A stretch of DNA of 64,000 nucleotides from Octopus bimaculoides (lineage: Eukaryota), in the NCBI RefSeq assembly GCF_001194135.2, contig NC_068999.1, positions 298,534-362,533 of the forward strand, written 5' to 3'. Both the position numbers and the translations under genes were made by a program. Shown here one piece after another: positions 14,641 through 27,381 of this stretch. Position 1 is the first letter of the stretch. Each line of letters begins with the position of its first letter. The notes under the pieces were generated by a model that ran no database searches, had not been told where the DNA came from, and was given only the letters and a program-made list of their open reading frames with translations.

Positions 14641-15539
14641 AGTATGTATGTTTATGTGTGTGATATATATATTCGTGTGAACATATTGCTGGACACATCA
14701 ATCGTTTAGTAAATTTGCTTCACAATCCCGTCGAGTGTATTTTCTATTGTCGGACTAAATAGCTAATTCCCTTGTGCGTATGCTAAGAAAACCTATTCTC
14801 TATGATAAATAATACATAAATGTCCTTCCATGGGTGATAATATACTGACATAACAGTCTGTGGTGTTCTTTTGATGTCGAAATAAATTTGATTTACATTT
14901 ACTGACACCCTTTATAGAATTGAAATAATTTCGTTATGTTTGATTGTTTGTTGGTTTATTTTGTAGTTTTTCTTGTTTATTGTCTTCTGCGTCTTCCTGT
15001 TCTCCCTCGTCTTCGGTGTCTCTTCACTTCTGACTTCAATCGTAAATTATTTTCCGGTTTATTGTGAAATAGTAAATGACTAAATGAAATAATTGATGAG
15101 TGACTCATTTAAGCCGATTTTTAAATACTCTAATTGACATATCGGTACTGTTCTTTGTGACCTTGATGTTGTTATTGCTTGAATAAGTTTGCTCTATGAA
15201 TATTAAATAAGAAATAATAGCCAAGATGTAAAAACAAACAAAAAAAAAGACTAAAGATCACGTGTGACAGATAGAAATTGTTAAAGGTTAGAATACTTAT
15301 TTCTGATTTTTAATGATTTTGATTGAAAAAAAAAAAAGCAATATTATTTTTACGCTTCCTACACGTAAGAACACAAAAAAAACCTCTGCCGATCACCAGC
15401 AGCTGTATAACAAGTGGAGTACAATAAGCTGCTGGAAGAAGCAGTCAAATCTCTTTGAACAAACCGTTTTAAAATAAAAAGGTAGAAGGCAATTAGCAAT
15501 TTCATCCCTGTTATTCTCTCCCTCCATCAATTCATCAAA

Positions 15540-15940
15540 TTTTGAGGTACTTCTTCCATTGGGTTCTATCAGAAGCAACGGTCATTATATTTTCCGGCTG
15601 GATGACCGAGGTGACCAGATGAGACTATGGATAACATTCATTCACCTCGTTCTCAGTCTACCCCCAGTTTTCTGCTAGTTGACGAGGCTTGACAAATCGG
15701 TCTTGTGATTTCTTCCGGCGACTTTCTAATCACTTATCTGTATAACCAGAGTTATAACCTCTTAATTCTGAGAAGTAGCGGCTCAGTCTGTAGAAGCCAC
15801 AAAAATGGCGAAATATCGATATCCACCACTCCAAATCGGATTGAAGGTGAGTTATCTTCGCTATCCATGATTCCAATGGTGTATTTTAATACCAGTGACT
15901 TGAGAGGTATATACTCTGACACACCATTGCAGCCATCGGA
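15540..15940 (-). mobile_element. Decayed RTE-type LINE 3' coding remnant
   Basis: Minus strand MTVASDRTQWKKYL (15547-15585) resembles the RTE C-terminal A.DR..W motif. Upstream SIFRHFC resembles RWFGH.C. Multiple stops and frameshifts. Confidence 0.45.
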
Positions 15941-15979
15941 AAATACACAAAATATATATACTAGTATATGCATTTAATA

Positions 15980-16019
<40 letters not shown>

Positions 16020-16027
16020 GCGTGTGT

Positions 16028-16069
<42 letters not shown>

Positions 16070-16070
16070 A

Positions 16071-16262
16071 AAATGGGCTTCATTCAGGTTCCGTCTACCA
16101 AATCCAAACACAAGGCTTGGTTAGTCCAAGATTATTGGTGCCACACAAAACACTTCAACTTTCCAGCTCAGGAGGGGTGGAAGCAAAGTTAGCCTACGTG
16201 GGATTTGAACACAGAACGTAAAGAGCTGAAATAAATACCACAAAATGCGGGACAACCAACCG
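16071..16262 (-). mobile_element. Composite of a SINE A fragment (16071-16150) and a SINE B-related fragment (16165-16262)
   Basis: The plus strand has ccgtctaccaaatcc (family A) followed by gggatttgaacacagaacgtaaag (family B-like head). Confidence 0.6.
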
Positions 16263-16319
16263 ACTTCAATCAAATAATTAGCCAAAGACAAGGTGACGTT
16301 GCTCAACAGCTATCACGTA

Positions 16320-16960
16320 ACTATTCCTCCAATCATTTTCATCTTTCTTTCATTCTTACTTTGTTTCTTTCCTTCCTTCTTACCACCTTTATTAGTTTCT
16401 TTCCTTCCTTCTTTTCTTTTCTCTTTCCCTCCTTCCTTTTTTTTCTTCCTTCCTTTTTTCTTTCTTTCCTTCTTTCTTCTTTACTATTTTCAGATTTTCA
16501 TTTTCTCTCCTTTCCTTCCAACTTCATAATTCACGTTCATTTTCTTTCTTTTCTTCTTAATCTTCCTTCATCCTCCTCTACCCTCTTCCTTTATTTTCCT
16601 TCTCTTTCATCTTCCTTTTGCATATTCTACTTCATCTTCGCTCTCCATCTTCATTCTTCTTATTCTTCATTCATCGTCATTTCCTTCATCTTCATTCTCC
16701 AACTTTATCTTCATTCTTCATCTTTTTCTTCTTCCTTTTTCATCATCCTTTTTCTTCTTATTCTTCCTCTTCATTCTACTTCTTCCGCTTCGTCTTCATA
16801 TTTTTTGCTTCTTCATTTTTCTTCTTCTGCTTCTTCCTCTTCATTCTTCAACTTTTTCGTCTTTTTCATTCTTTTGCTTCGTCTTTTTCTCCTTTTTCTT
16901 CTCCTCCTCCTCCTTCTTCGTCTTCTCTTCTTTCTGCTCTTTCCTCTTTAGTTTCTTCTT
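16320..16960. repeat. Polypyrimidine (CTT/TTC-rich) low-complexity tract
   Basis: Direct inspection. Confidence 0.9.
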
Positions 16961-17324
16961 AATGCCATCATTTTCGTTCTTAATTTTATTTTATTATACT
17001 TTATTTATTTCATTCTGTATTATTTTATGTTAATATATTTTTGTTATTTATTCCAAAGCCAATCAGGATTGCTTGGAAGTGAAGAGCAATCACTACAGGA
17101 AATCAAAGACTAAAAGAGACCATTTAAATGCTAAACAGCATGGAAGATTTAATCTTGGAGTGTTTTACAGAAGGCAATCATTCACATGGAGATTATTGGA
17201 GAGAAGAAGGACAACGACAGCAGCGACCGAATATGGATGACAGCTGATTCTAGACAGCAACAACTGACACCACCACCACCGCTAGCATCTCATCCAACCA
17301 TCACTACCACAACAATCATCATCA

Positions 17325-18206
17325 ATGCCACCATCATCATCATCCACAACACCATCACTGGCACCACCTCCACTAATGCTACCATCCCAGCAGTACCACA
17401 CCATTCCACCATCACCACCACCAACAACAACGTCCACCACCCACAACGTCGGCCAGCCTATCAATGCTACGACGACGACCACCACTACCACCACCTCCCA
17501 AGCAACAACAAATGCCTTTATCGTCACCATCACATCCACTAAAAGTCACCATAACACCACCACAAGTATTATCATCACCGCTGCACCGGCCGCATTCACC
17601 AATACCTTTACCAACTCCACAAGTTCCGCTACCATTATCACCGCCACCACCAACAACAGCAGTACAACCACCACCACCACCACCACCACAACCTCCATCA
17701 CCTATACCCACTTCATCACTACAAAAGCAACAACTACCACCACCACCACCCCACCACCATCACCACAATCACCAATAGCAGCGAATCGAAAGACTCCAGG
17801 CTATCAAGAAAGAACATCTACTCACCTCCCCCTACTACCAACACCTTCACTATCCCATCGAGAATCCTACCCTTACACCCCACCAGTAGCAAAATCTACC
17901 ACCTGCTCCGTCACCACACTCATGAATGGTACCCAGAATAACTCGAACCGTGTCCAACTCCTAACCCCTACGCAAGCAACAACACTACACCCACCGCCAT
18001 CTCACACTCCAACAGCAGCCGACATTTCACCACGAACAAGAGAAACACCACCACCACCTACCTCCATCAAGACAGACACCACCCGCAACACCGTCCTCTG
18101 CTCTACAACTAACACACCAACGACGACAACACCGATGCCAAGCAGCGAAACTACCACCAACACAACAATCACCACCGGCAGCGAAAACTCTACTGCTAAC
18201 AAGTAA
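17325..18206 (+). CDS. Possible Thr/Pro/Ser-rich coding exon (293 codons) or cryptic ACC repeat
   Basis: This is the only long non-gap ORF of non-dinucleotide sequence apart from the microsatellite-spanning 5420-6370 ORF. Its second half is not simply periodic. No recognisable domain. Confidence 0.25.
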   Translation: MPPSSSSTTPSLAPPPLMLPSQQYHTIPPSPPPTTTSTTHNVGQPINATTTTTTTTTSQATTNAFIVTITSTKSHHNTTTSIIITAAPAAFTNTFTNSTSSATIITATTNNSSTTTTTTTTTTSITYTHFITTKATTTTTTTPPPSPQSPIAANRKTPGYQERTSTHLPLLPTPSLSHRESYPYTPPVAKSTTCSVTTLMNGTQNNSNRVQLLTPTQATTLHPPPSHTPTAADISPRTRETPPPPTSIKTDTTRNTVLCSTTNTPTTTTPMPSSETTTNTTITTGSENSTANK

Positions 18207-18627
18207 AATACCACCACCACCACCACCACTGCCACCACCAGTAACAACAACACTAACATCAACAAAACCTCTTTGTATTATTTAAATACACATGTCTGAT
18301 TGTCATCGAAATATTCATAGTGAGGCTTCGATAGAATACTAAACATGGTCAAACTGTGAACTGAACAATTCTTCACAATTGTTCCCATTGTTTCCTTGCC
18401 AACGCAAAGAATGGCCCTGCATCATATATGGAAATGCATCAATTTCTAAATGGCATTTTAATTTACAGGTTTGAAAATAGTGTCACTACTTATGGTGGTT
18501 GTATTGCTGTGTTAGTGGTGATGGAAAAGTGATGGTGGTGGTGATTGTGGCAACGGTAGAGAGGAAGAACGATAAATATATAATACACGACCATACATAC
18601 ACACACGAATAATTATCACTGGTTCAG

Positions 18628-18670
18628 GAACAACTGAAGAGGTGGGTGATCACCGAAACATCCAGACGCC
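18628..18670 (+). ncRNA. Hammerhead-like core, 3' part decayed
   Basis: CUGAAGA-GGUG-GGUGAU-CACC-GAAAC at 18634-18659. No GUH or stem I partner downstream. Confidence 0.4.
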
Positions 18671-19060
18671 TCACCTTAGAGAAAATTTTCCTGCTTTATC
18701 CAGATGAGATTGACATATGAGATCAACTTTTTTACGACTGACGAAAATCATCGGTTATCTTATACTGTACACACTTATCGATTCAATATTACGCTATTAT
18801 AAACTAATATTTAATGCTTCGGCCTTTGTAGTGCATCGACATCAAAGAGACTGAAACTTAGAGGCCGCTGTTAAACCTCTCCGTGTAAAAATTGATAAGC
18901 ACGATACGATTCTAAGAAGTATTGAGTGTCACGTCTGTTTAATGTCCACTGATTTTGTACATTACTTAAAAAAAACATACACACTCACGCACATATGCAC
19001 ACACACACACAGGCATATATATGCGCACATACACATGAATATTATGAGTCTTTTCATACG

Positions 19061-19190
19061 ACTGTCTGATGATCGTTTACGTGAAACCCCGAGAAACAAT
19101 GAATGAAGTTTTTTTCAGATTCATTAAAATAGAATTTTACTTTACCTTTGGTATTTGAGTACGATTGCCCCATCTTTTGCACATATGTAC
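19061..19190 (+). mobile_element. Family F repeat copy with a degenerate hammerhead at its 5' end
   Basis: ACUGU-CUGAUGA-UCG-UUUA-CGU-GAAAC-CCCGA-GAA-ACAAU. The 20-mer tacctttggtatttgagtac (19143-19162) is identical to the reverse complement of the left arm at 31.36 kb. Confidence 0.7.
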
Positions 19191-21220
19191 TCCTATGTAT
19201 ATATCGATAAAAGATCTTCTAAACGCGCAGAGTAACGGGGGTTTGTTGTTATACGTTGGTTGTTGCAAGCAATGATACTGTTTAGATTGTAATGTAATAA
19301 CTAGGACATAATGCAGTCTAGATAAGAATAGTTGATCAGTTACATCTGTTCCTCGGAGGCCACTGAGCTTGTATCACGCTACACGTGTACGAGATTCCTT
19401 CATGTTACTTATGCTTTTATAACTGTATTATCCCTTCCTGTCGCACACTATTTCATTCAGTTCTGCCTTCCCAAAACATCGAACCTCTGGATGAGATGCT
19501 CTGCTAGCTCGTATTTTTAGTGCAGCTTTTGACCTGCAAGTTAAAGCGAAACATTAACGTTTTCAATCTCACCTCCTCAAAGTGTCTGTGAAGGTCTCGT
19601 GTACAATCCATTCCTCCAAATATGAGTTATAATCTCCTTGATTCAGCATCATAGTCGTAATGTCATAGATGTAACCACATTGTTGAAATAGAATTAAATA
19701 AAATCTACTTAATTCATTGTTAGAATAAAATATTATTCGAAATTCCTGACGTCTAAAACATTTTTATTTACATGTTCTGATTGACTGAAGATAAATCTAT
19801 AATCAGATTTTATCACTTGAGACTAACATCAGAATTTAAAATCGATTTGTGTCTGTGTGTATACTCAGAAGATAAGCAATCTCAGATTTGGTGAGCAGTT
19901 CTTTACTGCTGACAATTCGAATTCCCATTTTTTTTTTTTTTGTTAAATGTGCAGTAAGTTCTAATGCCAGCAATGTTAGTTGTGCCTTTCATCCTTCTGG
20001 GGTCATAAAATAATGTGACTGTCCTGAGCAAAGGATTAGTCGAGTTATGAGACAACCTACGCTTATATATAAATTTTAACACGGATACGTTTGATAGTGA
20101 CCTCGAACTTTCGATTTCAGAACTGTCATTAAACAGTGATTTTCTGTGATTCTTTCTTGCTTATATATTTGGTTGGTTGTTATTTTGTTGGAGTAATATG
20201 AATAAGAATTATGTAAAGCGGAAGTAGATTTAGGAAGTGGTAGTGTAGGAAGCAGAGGAGGAAATAGAAAAAAAAAAGAGGAGGGAACTACGTGTTTGCA
20301 GGGGTAGATAAAGTCGTATAATGAAGAGAGTTACTTTGATTTGATACAGCGATTTTGATATCATTTACGTTTCATTCATATAAGAAGGTGAAAAAATAAA
20401 CTCTGCCATATGCAGGTAGCGACCATCTTTGAAAATAAAAATGATTTTTATCTCGTTTTAGTGTTTACAAAACAATTATTAGGGATAAAACAATTGTTTG
20501 CACCAGTGAGGTCTAGCTGAAGTTGAAGTTTGTGTTTATCTTTTCTGTCCAGAAATTTTAAACTTCGACCGAAGTGATTGTGTTGTTATAAACAGTCATT
20601 AGGCTTTTCAAATCTGCATATACTTGTTGCAATTTCTAGCTATAATACAAAATAAATGCAGCCCTCTCCTCTTCGTTTTCTGTACTCTGTCTACTCTATG
20701 TAAATCCGGTCTGGCTTTGACACGAATGCTCATCATTTGAATTTTTTCAGTTTTTGTTTCTTTGTTTATTGAAATCATTATCTCTCACCTGGACTCATCT
20801 TATAGATATTCTTTAAATCACGGACTTAGTCCTCGATGAAGATAAATAGTAAATTCAAATCATTTGAGTACTACAACGAGTTTTCTATATCGAGCATTTC
20901 TGAATCTCACCTGTTGACTCTCTCTCTCTTTCTCTCTCCATCCCTCTGTACACACACATAGACACACATGCATACATATACATTGATATACAAGACAATG
21001 ATAAGATCCATTGGTCCAAGTGCAGGAAATTGGTAAACATCAAGTAGTCTGTGGCAAGTATAGAAAACGAAAAGTGGACCGTGTACGGCCAAGAACAATA
21101 ACAATTTATTGCTGTCGAGTGCTACGCAGTTTTTCCCACATCGAAGTTACGAGGAAATTCGATAAGCTGAAAGTTTCTCTCTAGCTCACGGTCAGCAATG
21201 AGTTGCAATGAACGCCTGAT

Positions 21221-21259
<39 letters not shown>

Positions 21260-21711
21260 GTAAATTTGTGAGCGTGCGCATGTATATAAATTTATGAATG
21301 TATTTGTATATCAATTTATTCTATATATTTTTTTGTTTATTAAAGGTATCAAAACTTTTGATGATAAGAACTGCTACACCTCAAATCGAACCCCGTATTA
21401 CTGCATACATATTTCATTTCCTCTTTGATAATGGTAATTCCTTGGAAATATGAATAATGTGACAAATTCCGGTTTGATTCTGGTAACTGAACTGTAAAAT
21501 ACCGAGTGCTATCTCGGTACGATTCCACGTCAGTTTTCACAGAGCATGGAAAACAGATGAGAGATGGGGGAAAAAGAGGTAAGTTGAGGGGCGAAGGAAA
21601 AAAAAAATGAGACGTGACTCTGGTGAGAAGAAAAAGTAGGAATGGTGAGTATTACAAAAGTATGAGTGTTATGTATGGGTGGCTGTGTGAGACACACAGA
21701 CAGAAACTCCT

Positions 21712-21746
<35 letters not shown>

Positions 21747-22491
21747 AAGAGAGAGAGAGAGAGAGAAAGATGGATGGATAAATAGATTGATGGAGAATAG
21801 ACATAGATAAACAAAGTAGTTAGGTGGGTAGGTAGGTTGGTTTGTAGATAAGTAGATAGAGAAAGGGAGGGAGGGAGAGAGAGAGGGGGATGCAGGGGGA
21901 GAGAGGGAGAGGCAGGGGGAGAAAGAGAGCGAGAGAAAGATTCTCAGATATTGTTAAATGGGGACGAACATAGACAGAAATAGATAGAAGAAGCAAGAAA
22001 ATAAATACCCCCCCCCCATAAAAATAAAACAAAGCAAAACAAGAAATTCTATTGATTCGCTCTAGTTTCGTCTTAGAATAAGGCAATCATGAAATAACAT
22101 TGATTACATCCAAAATGATTACATTAATCCAATACATTTGTAATACACCTCTTGCTATGCTTCGTATGCGAAATTGTAGCCTGTGTCTCGTCGTTCGGAT
22201 TGCTAAAAATAGCACCTAAATCTTCACAAAATCACATGTTACGAGTAATGCACAACATTACTCATATTCGCGGCACCAATAAATGAAATGGATCTCCGTC
22301 GTTTCGACGATGACCACCGAGTTACTTTCTAATTAAATTTATATCTCTCTAAGTATTGTCATATGTACCCTTAACTTTATGCATACACAGAACCAGTGTA
22401 ACACTGTGTGTATGAGAGTGTTGCTACTCTTCATTTAACGGCCACACCCGGTCAGATCGCGTTCATTCACAAGGTTTGGATCGATACGACA

Positions 22492-22680
22492 CTATCTTTA
22501 ATCTTTTACTTGTTTCAGTTATTCGTATGCGGCCATGCTGGGCTATCGTCTTGAAAGGTTGTAGCCAAACTTATCAACTTAATCTTTTAATGTCTGGCAC
22601 TTAATGTATCGGTTTCGATAGCTGAACCTCTAAGTCAACACCGATTACCAAGCAGATGACTGGGGAACACAAAAGGCCCA
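22492..22680 (-). mobile_element. SINE family A 3' portion
   Basis: cttttacttgtttcagt...gcggccatgctgg matches the reverse complement of the tail at 56035-56075. Confidence 0.75.
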
Positions 22681-23610
22681 AAGACACTTACATACGCGCG
22701 TGCGCCCACTTCCGCGCGGACATAACGTCAACAAGTGTGTACGGGAAGGTCAGCTTCGGAATGTCTCTGATCACAGGTCTGTTCCAACTGGCTTAACCTG
22801 CCACAAAATAGCATTACACGCATTACACACATGCACTGCAAGCCAAGTTTTACGGTATGGTCAGGAATGCTGTTGCTGATAACAAGTCTACTCCAACAAG
22901 AACAAAGCTATGGTTAATGACATCCCAATTAAACAGCTATGGTTAATGACATCCCAATTAAACAGCGTCATTAGCACTAGATACACTCACACGCACGCAC
23001 ATCCACAAATAAGCACCCACATTGATCCGATGTGAAATAGAAGACAAATTTGCCGTGTATGTGTGCGTATGTGTGTGTGCGTATTGCATCATCAGCATTA
23101 TTGGTACGATTGCCCATGGAAGTGATGTACAGCTGTAAGGACTGGAATAGAGAAACAGAAGATTTCCGCCATATTGCAAACTTCAGCAGAAATCTATTTC
23201 TTATTGGATGTAAAATTTGTCAACTTAGCAAATTTTTGCAGCAAAGAGAACGGAAGAAATCCTATCGAACTAAAAAATGTAACATCACACACTTCCGGGA
23301 AATATTTTTCTGAAGAAAATGTCTACGAATACGTGATTCCACTTTGAGTTTGAGATATTTTTTCTTATTCATTTTAGTTTTCGGTAAATACAGAGGTTAG
23401 GTTTCTAAGAAGATAAAAAAATACAGCAATCTTTTATGAATCAAAGGCCTTCTCTAGCATTTAGATTCTGTGTAGTTAGTGACCGTATTTTAGAGTGATG
23501 GAGTTGAAAGGCATTGGAATAATGATTGTAATCTTAAGCTTTGGATGACAGTAGAAGAGAAAAATGTCATAGAATGTATGCTGCATCTAGATTGATATAA
23601 ATAATAATAA

Positions 23611-23829
23611 TTTCAAATTTTGTCAGATAGACAGACATTTTTTTTTGGTGTGGGAGGAAATGTGTCGATAATATTGATCCTAGTGTTCAACTGGTACTTT
23701 ATTTATCGATCCTAAAAGGGTGAAGGGCAAAGTCGACCTCAGCGGAATTTGAACTCAGAACGTAGCGACGCGCGAACTGCCGGTAAGAATTTCGCCCGGT
23801 GTGCTAACAAATCTGCCAGCTCACCGCCT
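23611..23829 (-). mobile_element. SINE family B, full length
   Basis: Hallmark domain and head ending ctgccagctcaccgcct; (AAT)n at the 3' end. Confidence 0.9.
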
Positions 23830-24566
23830 CAACAACAGCAACAACAACAAAAAACACTACTACTACTACTACTACTACTAATAATAATAATAATAATAAT
23901 TTATGCCCAGAAGCAGTACCAGGCAGTGGCTCTCATGGCTTTTGATCTTAACTGTTTGGAAGTGTTATCATGTATCTGTTACATAGGATGTATGAAGCTG
24001 ACGGAGGTCGTGATTGTAGTTGAATGCAATTAGAACTAAATATTTGTCTGACAGGCGACTGAAATTGTGAAAGAGAAAAAGAAAAGAGAAGGATACAAAA
24101 AAAATAAAAATAAAAATGAAGTTTTTTTGGCAAATGTAGGCGATTCTGTCTCCGACGCTACAATATATCTAAGGTGACAGAATATATAATAATAATTTAA
24201 ATTATAGTATCATATTACTATGAATTATTCACAATTTCATTTGAGTTGAGAATAAAAATGATTTGAAGAAAGATTCAACTCAATAATAAAACTTCACAAT
24301 ATACTGAAATTTAATTTGCAGTAAGAAAATTTCAGGATCACAATCACCTGACGTCATATGTAGCACTAATTAAATACATGTATGCTTACATACACACATT
24401 CATGCAAACATACATCCACATCCACATAGATATACGTGTGTATGTGTGTGTGTGTGTGTGTGTGTACATGTGTTGTCTTTTATGCTACGTTATATATTCA
24501 AAAAGCAGTTCAACAATAGACCGAATGGTATACTATGATTATTAAACTTTTACAAGGAAAAGGTTG

Positions 24567-24607
24567 ACAGTGTTGTCGAGGTTTTTGGTTGCCTGCCTTC
24601 GTCAGAC

Positions 24608-24610
<3 letters not shown>
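24567..24610 (-). ncRNA. Degenerate hammerhead-like motif
   Basis: Minus strand ACAGU-CUGACGA-A-GG-CAGGCAA-CC-AAAAAC-CUCGACAAC-ACUGU. The 5-bp stem I is intact; G12 and the cleavage triplet are mutated. Confidence 0.45.
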
Positions 24611-24682
<72 letters not shown>

Positions 24683-24751
24683 ATATATATATATATATAT
24701 ATAGTATTAATTAATAGTAGGAGATGGATTTCGTAGTAGACTTTTATTAGG

Positions 24752-24794
24752 TACAGCATATGTTTCGACCCATCAGTCTGGGTCTCTTCAGGTA
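24752..24794 (-). ncRNA. Minimal type I hammerhead ribozyme, one substitution from canonical
   Basis: Minus strand UAC-CUGAAGA-GACCCA-GACUGA-UGGGUC-GAAA-CAUAUG-C-U-GUA. It has a canonical core, a 6-bp stem II, a palindromic stem III and U16.1->C. Confidence 0.65.
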
Positions 24795-25120
24795 TTTTCA
24801 TAAAGAAGTTTCACTAGACATTGTTAGTGTCGGCTGGCTAGTTGGTACATGCACATAAAGTTAGGGAATGAATAAATGCAAATAATATTGAAACACAAAA
24901 AAAAAAAAAAAATCAAATGTGAAGGTGGAAATCTTGCNNNNNNNNNNGCGTTCCAGTTTAGGTAAAATGATCCGATCAGCTTTCGCTGTCAAAATGGCTT
25001 CCAGGAAAAAGAACGTAAGAGAAAGAAAGATTAATACTTAGACATGTTCGTGCATATACATACAGAGGAACAGACACAAATATACATTTATACACATACA
25101 CACGTATATACGTACCTCCC

Positions 25121-25161
<41 letters not shown>

Positions 25162-25236
25162 TATGCACACATATATACACACGTATATATATATATGTAT
25201 ACATACATATATAGATAGATACATAGATAGATAGGT

Positions 25237-25277
<41 letters not shown>

Positions 25278-26538
25278 TTTATATATGCAAGTACACATCC
25301 GCATATACATATATATATATACACACATACATAAAGATGCATATAGATACGTATATGTATGTTTGTATATATGTATGTATATATGTATGCATGTATGTAT
25401 ATATTTATGTCCATACAAGCATGTTTAGCTTTACAAATTAGGATTATTTCAGTATGTTCATACAAACAAACGGGCAGATATAAATATATACACATTATGT
25501 GTATATATAAAAAAATATATATGTGTGTGTGTATAAACATTCACAGATAGAAAAATAGATAGATTCAGAGATTGATAAACAGAGAGATCTAACGCTAAAT
25601 AAACATTGCATTGTAAACGAACTTCAATAACATCTGAAGAAAGCATTGTTTTATGAGAGAAAAAAAAACCCCAGAGAGATAATGCAAAAACAAATAAATA
25701 TACAGCAAATATATTGAAACAATTTGCTTAGTTTCTTGCAACGAGACATTAGATTACACACACACACATGTATATACTCATATTCATACGTATACATAAT
25801 TAAACACTGACAGTCACACACACACACGCGCGCAATATATGTGTGTGTCTTTGTATATATGTATGTATATATACATAAATATGTATACATACATAAATAT
25901 ATGCTTATGTAACGATATATATTTATGCATAAATGCATAGATATATATATATGTTTATGTAAAGGTATATATATATATATATATATATACATGCATGCAT
26001 ACACATAAATATATACACAGGTTAAAAACTAATCACACACCTGCAGGTGTAAAAATCGACGTTCAGAAACAAGTATATACACACACACACACACACACAC
26101 ACAGTCACTAACATAAAGTACACAAAAAGATACGCTCAGATACCCATAAATATAAATGTATACACGCACATATTTATGGATGCATGTTTACACCAACCAT
26201 TATTAATAAACAAGAACAATGAGAAATCTTCAGCGATAAACAGACACACACACACACGAAAGTCTCCATTGCTACTGCCTGTCTATCTGTTTGTTCGTCT
26301 GATAGTTATTCATAAAGAAAACTTCACATTTACATACATTGAAATTAGTCTTATGTAAAACAAACACACGCAACAATGGGCTGTGTACGTTCTTGTTTGA
26401 TGAATGTATGCTTCACCAACGCCTATTGATCTTTGCAAAGAGAATAAAGCAGCCCAGTTTTATGAAGATACATTTTCCATTTTAATTAATATTAAGATAA
26501 TAGCAAAAAATATACACAAGCAAATATACTGAGCTGAC

Positions 26539-26614
<76 letters not shown>

Positions 26615-26965
26615 GGAGATAGAAGTGAAGACAGACGCGTACGTGAACACAGACCCACACAAAGACATAGATATGCGTTTTTCTAACCTCACCAATCACT
26701 CACCACACCAAGATTCTATTGAAGAACTTAGGTTTGTCAGAGCCTTTGTTTTCTTTTTCTGCATATATATGTAATGGCATATAATTATTAATATATAAAT
26801 AAACAAATATATATAGATATGAATGTGTGTATGTATGTATATACATACATATACACAAAAACATATACGCACATATATATGTATGTGTATGCATGTGTGT
26901 ATATATATATATATATACACATACATACATACAAGCATATAGAGAAGACAAAGACATATGCAATC

Positions 26966-27008
<43 letters not shown>

Positions 27009-27305
27009 CACATATATACAAATATATTGATACATATATTTGAACACAGCCTCACACAGACATTAGTAGATAGATATATAGATAGATACATAAGTACATA
27101 CATACACACACATACATACATGCATACATACATACATATACACACATGCATACATTCATTCATTCATACATGCATACACTTATATTTCCATGTATCGCAT
27201 ATATATCCGCCTGTGTGTCTTTATCTGCATGGTTCTGTGCGTAGAGTTTGCTCGATTCAAACTTCTTCATCGACCTCCAGCAGAAAACCTCATTCATTTA
27301 TTTAG

Positions 27306-27381
27306 CAATCATAAATCCATGGACCGATGCAAACATCGAGAAATACGGCGGCATCTGTGTGCAGGAGCCTCGTGTGAGGAT
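27306..27381 (+). CDS. Candidate 76-nt internal exon of an unidentified gene
   Basis: Acceptor ttcatttatttag| and donor |gtaaga. Two frames are open (IINPWTDANIEKYGGICVQEPRVR or NHKSMDRCKHREIRRHLCAGASCED). No family recognised. Confidence 0.25.

Noticed and set aside
19664-19688. Rubredoxin-like CGYIYD motif on the minus strand
   Set aside because: It lacks the first Cys of CxxC and the second CPxC motif; a chance match.
22906-22963. Exact 29-bp tandem duplication agctatggttaatgacatcccaattaaac
   Set aside because: Only two adjacent units with no spacers; an ordinary slippage duplication, not CRISPR-like.
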